NCBI GenBank assembly: GCA_008632985.1
Contig: QPGO01000068.1
Coordinates: 248,001 to 312,000 of the forward strand
DNA length: 64,000 nucleotides
Direction of reading: 5' to 3'
From: Psammoneis japonica
Lineage: Eukaryota
Part shown: in pieces, positions 25,400-36,845 of the stretch
Layout: each line of letters begins with the position of its first letter
Numbering within the stretch: position 1 is the stretch's first letter
Notes under the pieces: model-generated
The model's database searches: none
The model's input: only the letters and a program-made list of their open reading frames with translations
Told to the model about the DNA's origin: nothing
Translations under genes and position numbers: made by a program

Positions 25400-27960
25400 T
25401 GCAAAATGTGCAAATTCAAAATGTCAGCAGCTCAGCTTGTGAAAAAAAAAGATCAGTGAGATTGATTTGCATGGCTGTTCTTAGAAATGAACAACATCAG
25501 CAATTTGTCACACACTTGCTGTTGTTAAGATCAAAAACTGACATTGACCACATTGCACCAAATGTCATTGCTTGCTTTGCAATGGCTTGACAATTGCTGC
25601 CTTGTTGACACATGCAAAATCAAACTTGTCAAGATGAAATGTGCTGTCAGACCAAATTTCATTGAGCATTGTTTCCCACTTTGCCAAATGGCTGGATTGT
25701 CAAAATCAATTCAACAGTGATTGATGAGAACTTGTCAAGAACACAAACCTTCTCATGAAGCACAGAGATTAACTCTGAACAAGAGCAAATGCATTTTCCA
25801 AACAATCCAGCTAAAAAGGACACCAAACTGCAACACTGATGTGTCCATGGGAAATTCGCAGGGGTGTGTGAAGCCATGCTGCATGAAGAATCAGTGCGCA
25901 TGTGTGTGACTGGTGCTCTTGAGTGTTTCAGCAGGCTGTTCTGTCATTTGTCACACCAAAGAAAGATTTGATGGCACAATTTGTTGATGATTTCAGGGAG
26001 CTGAATGAAAGGATTAAAGACTGCCTTGCCCAACTTCTGATGTCCAAGATGTGCCATTGAAGCTTGATGGCTTGTGTGGGTGACATCATTTGCTGGATTT
26101 GAGTGTGGGACGCTGCTGCATTTGACTTGACAGTGGCAGCTGAGAATGTGCATGCTTCCCATGAGGCAAGTGCAAGATGAACATCTCACCAGTGGGCTCA
26201 TGTGACTTGCCTGATGTTTTTCAAGCAAATGTGTCAGGGCTCAGAACTGTTTGAAAATTTGTCATTTGTGCATGTGCGCTTGGACAATCTTTTTGCAGTT
26301 GCCAAAAGCACTTGTGAAAACAACTCAGAGAAACCAGCAGCTGTGCTGGCACAGCATGCACATGATGCTGGACTCAAATTCAATGCATGAAAATCACTTT
26401 TTTTTGTCAGACCCAATTGAAGCATCTGGGTCATTTGGTCAACTGGGACAGAATGCATCCAATGTGCCTTCCAAAGTTGAGGCCATTGAATGCCCTGCAA
26501 AGCCTGTTGACAAGCAGCAGCTGTGCTCACATGTTGGTCTGCTCAGCTGCTGTTGCAATGCATTGCTGAGACACTCTGAAATTTTGGCACCACTTGCAAG
26601 ACTTGCAGGTGGGGCATCTAAATGGGAGTGGACATCCATTGAAGATGAGGCATTTGAAACTGTCAAACTGGCACTGTCAGATGATGTCTTGTCAGTGCAT
26701 CCAGATTTTTCAACAAACCATTTGAGATCCACACCAGTGCTTCTAAATGCCAACTTGGAGCAGTGAGATCACAAGAAAATAAAACTGTTGACTTTTGCAG
26801 CACAAAGCTTGACAATGTGCAAACAAACCGCACAAAACAACAGAGAGAATCACTTGCTGTCATGGAGACATTGAAAGAATTTCAAATGATGCTCCTTGGA
26901 CAATGTGTGATTGTTTGTGCTGATTGCAAAAATCTCGTGTGTGAAGCATTCAGTGCTGGACGCATCATGCCTTGGCAACTGACATGTGAAACATGCAAGC
27001 CAGAACTCCAACACATTGAGGGTTGCCATGACCTTGTCACAGATGCCCTCAGTTGTCTGGTGCTTCTTCCAAGTTTGGAATCTGAGTGCAACCCAACAGC
27101 ATCATAGATGTCAGACGCACATCCTCCACATGAAGCACTTGCTTTGGATGCAATGGCTTCACCTGCAAGCTTCAGAAAAATGCAAAAAGAACAGCAGCAA
27201 AACAAGTGCTTGGCACAGAATGTGCAGCACTCCAGTGCACTCTTTGTCTGCATGTGTCATGGAAAAGATGCATCACCACAGCTGACATGTTGTCAGGACA
27301 AAATCATTGCACTTGAGGCATTGAGACAGCCATCAACTGAGTGGCACTGTGAGCAATCGTGCTGCCCTGGCAAGACAAGCACAGAAACATCCTTTTGCAA
27401 AGCACTTCTGCTGGCCTGGCATGAGAGCTGCAGGGGCACACCGTGTCCATGCATTGAATGCAGTCAATGCCAGAAGACAAAAAACACCAGACACTGCATT
27501 GAGATCAAGTGATGTGGAAAGGACACTTTGCAGCTTTGGGCAGCAACCATGATCCACCCCACAAAAATGTGGTTTGAGATCAAGGAAGTGTCCGCCAAGT
27601 GAGCAGATGTCACAGCAAATGTCACAGAACAATCATGGCCACACATGTGCCTGTGGCCAAGCAAGGTGATTTGTGAAACCATGGCAATGAATTCATGGCT
27701 GCTGAGTTCAGTGACACATCATGATCAAGAATGACTGTGACATCACCCAGAAACCCACAAGCAAAAGAAATCTGCAGGTGAGTGCTGCAATGGAATGTGC
27801 ACAAAAGAACATGTGGTGCATCTGCTTTCAGTGCAAGATGTGAAACTGGACAAGGATGATCCATGGAGTGGCACCCTGTCTGCTGCAGCCTTTGCTGCAA
27901 CAGCTGCAGCACATGCAGCTGCATGGGTGAGCCCTGTGCAGTCAGTCTTCAGATGCACAA
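25400..27960 (+). mobile_element. Degenerate Ty3/Gypsy pol (RT, RNase H, integrase)
   Basis: FVTPKKD..QFVDDFRELNERIK; KHLGHLV; HPDF; DFCSTKL..RESLAVMETLKEFQMMLLGQ..VCADCKNL; HGNEFMAAEF; DPWSGTLSAAAFA, in Gypsy domain order. Confidence 0.85.
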
Positions 27961-28131
27961 CGCAGTGCAATTTTGTCCATTGCTCACTGTGCCAAGTGGA
28001 AGTGTGCCCAAAAACAACAAAATGTGGAACTGACTGTTGTGCAGGTCCAGCCAGAGCAGCTCGTGTTTGTGACACTGCTTTTTTGCATGCAGGATGGTGT
28101 GCTGACAGACACGCACGCACACACACACACA

Positions 28132-31100
28132 TGTTGAACAAATGAAATCATCCACAAGTTGAAAACTGGCAGATGTGCAGTCATGAAGATGTTGAGGACA
28201 TGAAGCCAATTCCTCATCAATTGATCCAATTGATTGCAATTCAAAGGGACTGCAAAACATTCAGAATCCCTCTGTTGAGAGCTGAAAGTCATCTGTTCAA
28301 TGCTCAACACCAATGGGAAACCACTCCACTGCATGCTCACAATTTGTGAATTCACTTCACTGCAACAACCAAACTCTCCATCAGCCCCAATGCTCTGGTG
28401 AACATTGTCAGCTCCAGCTCTGATGGCCAGTGGTCAGGCATTTTGACATCTGCACTGAGCCAGACAGAAGAGATGACCAGTCATCAACATGTTTTTTCTG
28501 ACACCTGCTCAGGCCATCACAGGCATTCTTGACTTTGTCAAAAAGGCACATCAAGCCATTTGCAACAAGGCAGTTGAAACAATCATGGAAAATGGCTTTG
28601 ACTGGACACAATGGAAACTGTTTCTGTTCCTCAAGACCCTCAAAGATCAAGCTGCTAAGAATGGTTGGAATGAAGATGATGGAATCCTGATGATTCCTGA
28701 CAATCCAACAGACATCATGTTGGACACCACCAATTTGTTGACACACTGTGCAGTCAGATTGAATTGGACCTCATCTGCAAATGCAAGTGCTTGTGCATTG
28801 ATCAACCAGTGAGGCCACCACAAGACACAAGGATGCTTGTCCACCTTCTTGTGCACACACTTTCAGAAGGAAGCACGACCAGGATTCCAGTCTGGGAAAA
28901 GCAGCAAGAGATTGTCAAGAACAACAAGACACATCTGTTGGGAAACCTTCTGTCAAAGGTGACAATCCAACACAACTGCAACAAGCACCAGGATGAATCT
29001 CAGCAATCTTGACAAAAGTGTTGGCACAGTCTCAGGCAAGATCATTGAACTCAGTCAACATGTGCTCTTCCTGTTGCAAGCTCTCAAGTCTCATGGTGAG
29101 ACTGTGGAAGATCTTTGACTGAACTCATTCAAGGGGCACCTCACAGCATGTGGCAAGACATTTGTTGATTGCGCACATTGCAAGCAAAACAAGTGTGATG
29201 AAGGAAACAATGTAAACCCTGACAAAATGATGTGAGTGTTGCACAGTTGACAAGCACAAGGAGATGGCAAGGATGGAAGAATGGAGCACCCCATCCCTCA
29301 AGGAGGAGAAAATTCTGGCTCTAGAAGCCAAGGTTGATGCCCTCAAGAAATCATTGCAAGGCAAGAAACCTGATTCTAAGAAGAGAGGAAATGCCAAGAA
29401 TCACAATAAAAGAGGAAAGAAGACTTCTGGTCTGAAGCCAACTTGGTTGGAAAATGATGAAAGACCCACAAACAATCAACTTCTTTACAAGCCCCAACAC
29501 TGGAATGACAAGCCGTGCTGTCATTGTCACAAGGACACAGGCGGAAAGTGGGGTGGAAAGTGGCAGATCCACAAACCATCAGCATGTGAAAGAAAAAGCT
29601 TTGTTGCCCAAAAACTTGGAGGTGCAAAAAAAAAAAGTCCTCCCAAGAAGGGACAAGAGGTGCTGTCGACCAAGAAAACCCAGAAGGACCTCAAGCTGCT
29701 GAAACTGTCTAAAGCTCTCACTGCCATTGCAAATGAAATTGAATCCTCCAATGAAGAATGACTGGTGGAGCAAGGCAGCAAACCTGACTGTGAATGGGGA
29801 ATCCATGGAGTTGCCATTGGCATGATGTCATTGGCAATGTGGCGCGCAACTGCACTTGTGGCTGGACCACTGTTGCTGCCACCAATGCTGTTTGTGTGGA
29901 TGGCTGCAACCTGCAATTGGATCTCCATCACAGTTTGTGAATTGACAAGGGAAGCAATTGCAAATTCTGTTCCAAACAAATTTGTCACCGGAGCTCATGT
30001 GTTGCTGACAATTGTCATTTTTTGTCTCATTGTTCTCCTTGGCAAGGATCTAGAAAACCCAAATCCGTGCTGCACTTCACCACAAAGCAATGGAAGAAAT
30101 TCAGAAGATTGTTGTGGCAAGCCAAGTCAAGCATGCAATGGATGGGAAACAGAGTTGGTCAAAGTGTTGAAAGAAGAATTGATCAACTGTCCACAACCAA
30201 GCAATCCTGAAGAGGGAGAATCAGGTGAGTCCAAGAGTTGTCAAAGCTGATCAACAACAAACATCACAGAAGACATTCAACAGGCTGGCAGGCATGACTG
30301 CAGCACTGGCTGTCCTGGCAGTCTGCATGACAGTCCAGAATGAAGCTCTCAAATGAGAAAACATGACTCAATTTGACATGGATTTGGGACCTGCAGGCAT
30401 GGACAACTGATGCACTGGATGCATGTCCAGCTCAGCAACAGACTTTGTGAGCAAGCTCATGCCAAGTGAGCGAGCTGTGAAAGGATTTGGAGGGTCAAGA
30501 ACAAAAGGAGTCATGACAGGCACATTGCTCTGGCAATGGCATGATGACAATGGGGCTGGCTGCTCACTTGTTTAAAATCCCAAACTCGCACCATGCACCC
30601 AATGGCAAGGTTGTTTGTCTGTCAAGTCCCCAACACTGGGCAAAGACAGAAAAGGACTGCAAGCCAATTGAGGGTGCAGGGAAAGCACAGACTCCAAGCA
30701 GCACACTTTGCACTGGAAAGCCAGAAGAAAAATAAACTTGATGTTCCCCTGAGTCCAGAAACAAACTTTGCAATGTTCAGTCTTGCTCCTGGCTGTCAAA
30801 AGTTCAAAGCCTTCTGCACTGAATGTGGAGTCAATGATGCCACTGAAGTTGATGATCCTGTCAAAGCAAGTGAGGTGAACATTGTGAGCAATGATGAAGA
30901 GGACAATGGTGAGGAACAAGAGCCCAATGACTCAGGGTTGACGACACACACCTGGACCATGGATCCAATCAAGGCTGTCTTGCACCATGCTGAGAGTGAC
31001 AAACATGCCTCAGGGTTGGAGGACAACACTTTGGTTGCCACTCCATTCAATCTGGATGGACCATCTGAGGATGCAGGTGGAACTGGTCCACCTCAAATCA

Positions 31101-34100
31101 TGACAGACAAGGAAGATTGGCAGAAAAAAATGCACTGGCAGAATCATTGAGACACCACAAAAAAGGGACACATCTCATTCTGGTGGAAACTGCAAACAAT
31201 GGCAGAGCAGGGAGTCATCCCAAAACCAAAACATTGGGTGGAATGTAACACACCTGCTTTGCCATTCATGCATGTTTGCCAAAGCAACTGAGCACAAGTG
31301 GCAAGACTGAAACAAGAAGGCTGGTGATCAATGAAAGCCAACTTGACCCAGACAAGTGGTGTCAGTGGACCAAATGGTCTCACCCACACTGGGGTTGATT
31401 GTGCAAATGGCAGGGTTCCTGACAACCAAGCCAAGGTGCAAGTGCGCAACAGTGTGTGTCAACCAACACTCCTGTTTCAGCTGCACACATTTGCAAAAGA
31501 CTGCAAGCACGGAAGAGATGTTGGAAGGCAAGAAAGCTTTTGAGTTGATGGCAAAAAATTGTGGAGTCAAAACTCTTGCTCACCATGGAGACAATGGGAT
31601 GTTCAAGGTGAAGCAATGGGTTCAAGCATGTTGAGACCAAGGCAAAGCCTGACATTTGCAGGTGCCAATGCACACCAGATGAACGGCGCAGCTGAGCACT
31701 GCATCCGCGCGCTGCAGGAACATGCCTGCAGCATGCTCACACATGCAAACTGGCAATGGCCCTCAAGTGTCACCACCAACCTGTGGCCATGCTCTGTCCA
31801 AATGGCAGTCAATGCAACCAATGAAATGCCCAGCTTCCAAAATCCCAAATGCTGCACTCCAACTCAATTGCACACACAAACGGACATCTCAAGCAACCCC
31901 AAGCACTGGACCCCATTTGGGTGCCGGTGCATGTCAAACAAACCACCCATTTCACAGGTGGAAGCAATGACCAAGGGTTGGAACACACTTAGAGACAAGC
32001 CCAATGCATGGCAGGAACATTGCCTTGTTAGTTCTCAATGGAGCAACAGTGCTCGTGAGTCCCCAGATTCATGTGAAATGTGATCCTGGCTTCCACACAA
32101 TGAAGCAGGACAAGTTTGATTCAATGTGGCAAACAAAAGCCAAATTTGTGAGTCAGAGAGAGGTTGACAAACCAACCCAAGGCAAGAAGAAGCAGCTGCT
32201 TGCAACTGAAGCCACCAACAAGTGGAGCATTCCTCAGCAACAGGAAGCAATGCCTCCCTCAGAGAGAGCATCAAAGAAGAAGAGGTTCAAGAAGAATCCA
32301 AACCATGCCAAAATTCTTGACAAAATGCTGGGACCACCCAAAGCCAACAAGCAAGGTGGCAATGCTGCAGCAGCTGGTTTGCTTCCGGCACAGCCAAATG
32401 AACAGGCAGAATCTTCCAAGAAGTGCCTCCACAGCAAGAGGGTGAGTCTGAACCACCCAGAGTGCCAAGGACACCAGAGGTGACAACAAGATCAGGGCAA
32501 AAGAGCCAACCAGTTGAGCGGTCAGTGCAAGCAATGACAGCCAAACTTGGCGCCAATGCCAAAGGGACAACAGAGGGAAAGACATTTTCACCAGTGGCTT
32601 TCTTTCCATGCAATGAATCACCCACATTGGATGACACCAACCCTCTCATGGCACACAAAGCTTCAACAGACCTCAACACCATGCACATGCACCAAGCAAT
32701 GAAACAACAAGATTGCAAGGAACCCATTGATGCAATGCACTGAGAGGTCAAGGTGCAATGAAAAATGGAAACTTTGCCATGGTTCCAAGATCAATGGTGG
32801 CTGACAAGAGAAAGACACTTTTCCAGTCTGCATGGCAGATGAAATGAAAGTGAAATGTCCTGACCCGCTCTGTCAAGAAATGGAGGGCAAGATTGAACAC
32901 AGATGGATCAAGAATGAGAAAAGGGGTTGACCACAGCAAAACACATGCCCCAGTTGCATCCCACAACTCAGTGCACATGCCACTTGCCATGGAAGTGGCA
33001 CACAATTGGCACACCAAGCAACTGGATCATGTGAAGGCCTTCCCACAGGCACTGGCAGAGCGTGAAATGTGTGTGCAAATTCCAAAGGGATTTGAAACCC
33101 ACAAAGGAGATTCAAAAGACTTCATGCTGTGCCTGCATTGGAACCTGTGCAGACAGAAACAAGCCAGATGAGCTGGAACAAATGCCTGGTTAACAAGCTG
33201 ATAAAGCAGCCAGGCTTTGTCCAGTCCAAGGTTGATGAGTGTGCACATCACCAAGGCAAAACAATGCACTTGCTGTGCACTTGGGACAGTCCATTGGTGG
33301 GACCTGACAAGGGAAAAATTGATCAAATTGTCAAGGAACTGAAGGCCTCCAAACTGGACATCACAGCAAAGGGAGATGTGCAAGACTTCCTTGGTGTCAA
33401 CATTGAAAGAAAAAGCAACATTGCTGTGCATCTTGTGCAACCACACCTCATCAACCAGATGCCAATGGACAAAGTTGCCATCCAGGCACTCCAACTGCAA
33501 ACCCTTTGATGGACACTTCAACCACAGATCTGTCATTGGCAAACTGAATTGTCTGGAAAAGGCTGCAAGAAGTGACATTGCATCAATCACTTGTCAATGT
33601 GCACAATTCATGACAGACCATAAAAAGGAACATGGTCAAGCACTCAAATGGCTGGGACACCACATGAAGGGAACAAGAGACAAAGGCACCATGCCTCGAC
33701 CACAAGAAGGCAAAGACTTGGAAGTGTGCGTCAATGCCAATTTCAGCGGTGATTGGGACCCTCAAGGGGCAGCTGCCGATGGTGATGCTGCCAGGTCCAG
33801 ACATGGATGTGTTGTCATGTGCGCCAGACATCCCACACTTTGGAAATCTCAGCTGCAAACAGAGATTGCATTGAGTTCAACCAAGAGTGAGTGCACTGGA
33901 TCATCACATGCATTGAGGAGTGCAACACCTCTTGTGGAGTTGCTCAAGGAAATGAAGCATGATGGCTTCCCAGTGCGCACCTGCAAGCCAATGGTTCATT
34001 GTCAAGTTTTTGAAGACAACAGCAGAGCTCCAGAAATTGCAAAGACCCACAAGCATTGTCCAAGAACCAAACATTTGAGAGCAAAGCTGTGCCACTTCAA

Positions 34101-34661
34101 GGATCCTGTGTCAAGGGGAGAAATGTCTGTCCATCTCACAGACACAAAGAGGGGCAACTCACAGATTGTCTTGCAAAGCCAGCAAATGCAGACATGCTTC
34201 TCTCATTGTGTCCACTGATGATGGGGTGAACCCACTGCATTTTGCTGGGTGTTGAGTGCAATGTCCCAAATTGCAGGGCACATCTCTGATCAGCTGGATC
34301 ACATCAAAGGGCGGTTGCCCAATGTCCTGAACAAGACGGAGTGTCAAATGAATGACATCATCCTCAAGTTGAAAACTGGCAGATGTGCATTCATGAAAAC
34401 ATTGCAGACATGAAGCACCAATTCCTCATCAGTTGATCCAATTGACCGCAATTTAAAAGTTGCTGCAAAGTGTTCAGAATCCCTCTGTTGAGTTCTGAAA
34501 ATGATTTGTTGAATGCTCAGCACCAATGGAGAGCCACTCCACTGCATGCTCACAATTTGCAAGCTCACTTTGCTGTGACAACTGAACTCTCTGTCAGCCC
34601 CAATGCTCTGGTGAACGTTGTCAGCTCCAGCTCTGATGGCCAGCAATCAGGTGTTTTGACA
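28132..34661 (+). mobile_element. Full-length degenerate Ty1/Copia LTR retrotransposon; LTRs 28132-28448 and 34342-34661
   Basis: TG...CA LTR pair of ~320 bp; purine-rich tract before the 3' LTR; gag, protease (FDMDLGPAGMDN), integrase (VSVDQMVSPT, HGDNGMF, HQMNGAAEH), RT (ARLNTDGS, QLDHVKAFPQA), RNase H (WKSQLQTEIALSSTKSE, FEDN). TSD ambiguous because the flank is (CA)n. Confidence 0.93.
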
Positions 34662-36845
34662 CACAGCAATCTGTGGCAGATTGCACCCTGTCACCAGCAG
34701 GGTGCATTGCTGCTTGTCATCCCAGTTCATGGGGAAACATGCAGTGTGCATTGCATTGGCACATGGCACAGACCATGTGCATCTGAGGATTGTGCACACA
34801 GCAGCAGGGTGATGACATGCACTTGGAAGCACAGGGGGACTCTGTGGCTTGGCAACTTGGCAAGATCCAAGCAGCAGCGAGTGTCTGCAAACTGATGCAC
34901 AAACAGGGTTGGAGAAGCTGTGCACAATTGATTGATTTTGTGGAGTCCAAAATGCACACTAACAGGAAATTCACGTGATTTTCATTGACACAATTTTGCT
35001 TTTTGGGGTGGTGAGCCCATCTCACAATTTTCACAAAGTGATTTTTGCAAGCATCTGTTTTCGTTGCCTGACAGTGCATGAGGCATCTGACCTCATTGTT
35101 GCCTTCCTCTTTCTGCACAACTGAACAGACCTCCCAGTTGGGAGTGCAGCAACTCCAGCTCTTTTTTCTCCTGCCATGGAGCTGAGTTTGGGCTGCAAGA
35201 CAACAGAAAGACAACGGGTTGACACTGTGGGGAGGTTGTTTTTAAACCAGCACTTGCAAGGAATTCTGATGCGGGTGCTGATGACATGAGTGCAAAGTGT
35301 TTGGAGTCCTCCTCTCAGCTCAAAGCACAAGTGGCACAGCTGGATTTTTGCCTGCAGGTGGTCAAAACCTCAGTCAGCAAAGCTGTCTGTCGATCAACTC
35401 AAAACATCTAAAGCTGCTGAAGCGCAACCCACCCAAGCAGATGAAGAGAGCTTTTTTAGCCACCCTGCCAACAGGTCTGGGCAAGCCTCCCTTTCCAAAC
35501 ATTGTGTCGGTGAAAATGCTTTCTGACCACCAATTTTTTGGAGGAAGCACCTCAAGCTTGCAAGTGTTGCAGGAAAAAATCTGAGCACTTCACATCTCAC
35601 CCAGTTCAAATGTTCTTGTTTGTCTTGCTCCACAACAACCTGCATGTTTGCTGCATTGCAAAAGCACATTTTGTGGCACCTCAAACCAACAAGCACACAA
35701 CTCACACAAAAACAATGTGTGTTGAGCAGAGCAACAAATGAGCACTCAACAGAGTGCAGGTTGCTCTGCACCAAATCAACACAACCACTTCCAACAGGTG
35801 GATTTCCTGAAGCTCATGTTTGCCTCTCATTTTGTCAAGCTCCTGATCTTGAAAACTTTTCCCCATGCTTGTCAAGACCGATGTTTGATGTGTCCCCAAC
35901 AAAAAACCTGAGTCACCAATTGAAGCACAATTCATGCCAGACTGGAGCCAAGAAAGTGCATCTCATCCCAGCTTGGCCCGCTGACGTGCTGATGTTGACA
36001 GGTTTGTGGCTTCTTGATGCACCAAAGCAGAGGACATTGAAATGGATGAGTGATGTGATTGCTTTCCTTGGCTTTGTGACAACAGCACAGCACAATCAAC
36101 AACTGCAAAGGAAAAGGCCTCTGATGGCAGGAGCAGTGCACTCTGGAAAGGACTTTGTTTTTTCTTTCTGCACACAGGTTGGCTGCTGGTTGATGGCACC
36201 ACATCTGTCATCCAGAGAGTCAGAGAACTAACCCTGATGAGCAGCTTGGTTGCTGACAAATCTGGAACAGATGGCACAATTTTGCACAAAAAAGTGCTCT
36301 GAGGCACCCTCAGATGCAAACACAATGGACTTCTTGTGTGGAATCACTGGACATTCCGAGAGCTGTCCACTTGTTTCCATCCATGTGCAGATCACCCAGG
36401 AGCAAATCCAACAGCAACAAAGCATTGGCAATCACTGTGAGTTGCCCCAAAGGTGGAAACAGAAGCCATTGTCTGTGAACATTGAGCTGCTTGCCCATTT
36501 TTCATCAAGGCAAAGGAACCACTTGTCCTCCAATGACCCATTCAGATGATGACTCAGTCATGAAGTGTTCTTCTCTCTACATACATACAAAGGGTGCCGT
36601 GGGGCCTGTGGCCAGCTGCACAGCAGCATCGAACCCTTGTGCACGACCATCTCTGGCCCCACCCCAGCCAACTTCATGCGGCAACTACACATCAAAAAAG
36701 GGAAGCCACTAAAATGCGGTAAGTGCACACATCCAACATTGAAAAATGGTGGAGTTGCTATGGTTATCAGTTGTCAAGAGAGAACACAACAAACTAACAA
36801 CAGAGGGTGACCTCAAATCAATGTTCTGGCGAGGGCACGCCGGTC

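Larger units (their letters stand above)
12800..36600. mobile_element. Hypermutated nested transposon block 1 (TpA- and CpG-depleted); boundaries approximate
   Basis: Near absence of TA and CG with excess TG/CA; contains Gypsy, Copia, MITEs and tandem repeats; no intact ORF. Confidence 0.9.

Noticed and set aside
12900..36500. Dense short Cys/His-rich ORFs in all six frames, resembling metal-binding peptides
   Set aside because: Artefact of composition: TA loss removes TAA/TAG stops and TG/CA excess creates Cys, His, Gln and Met codons
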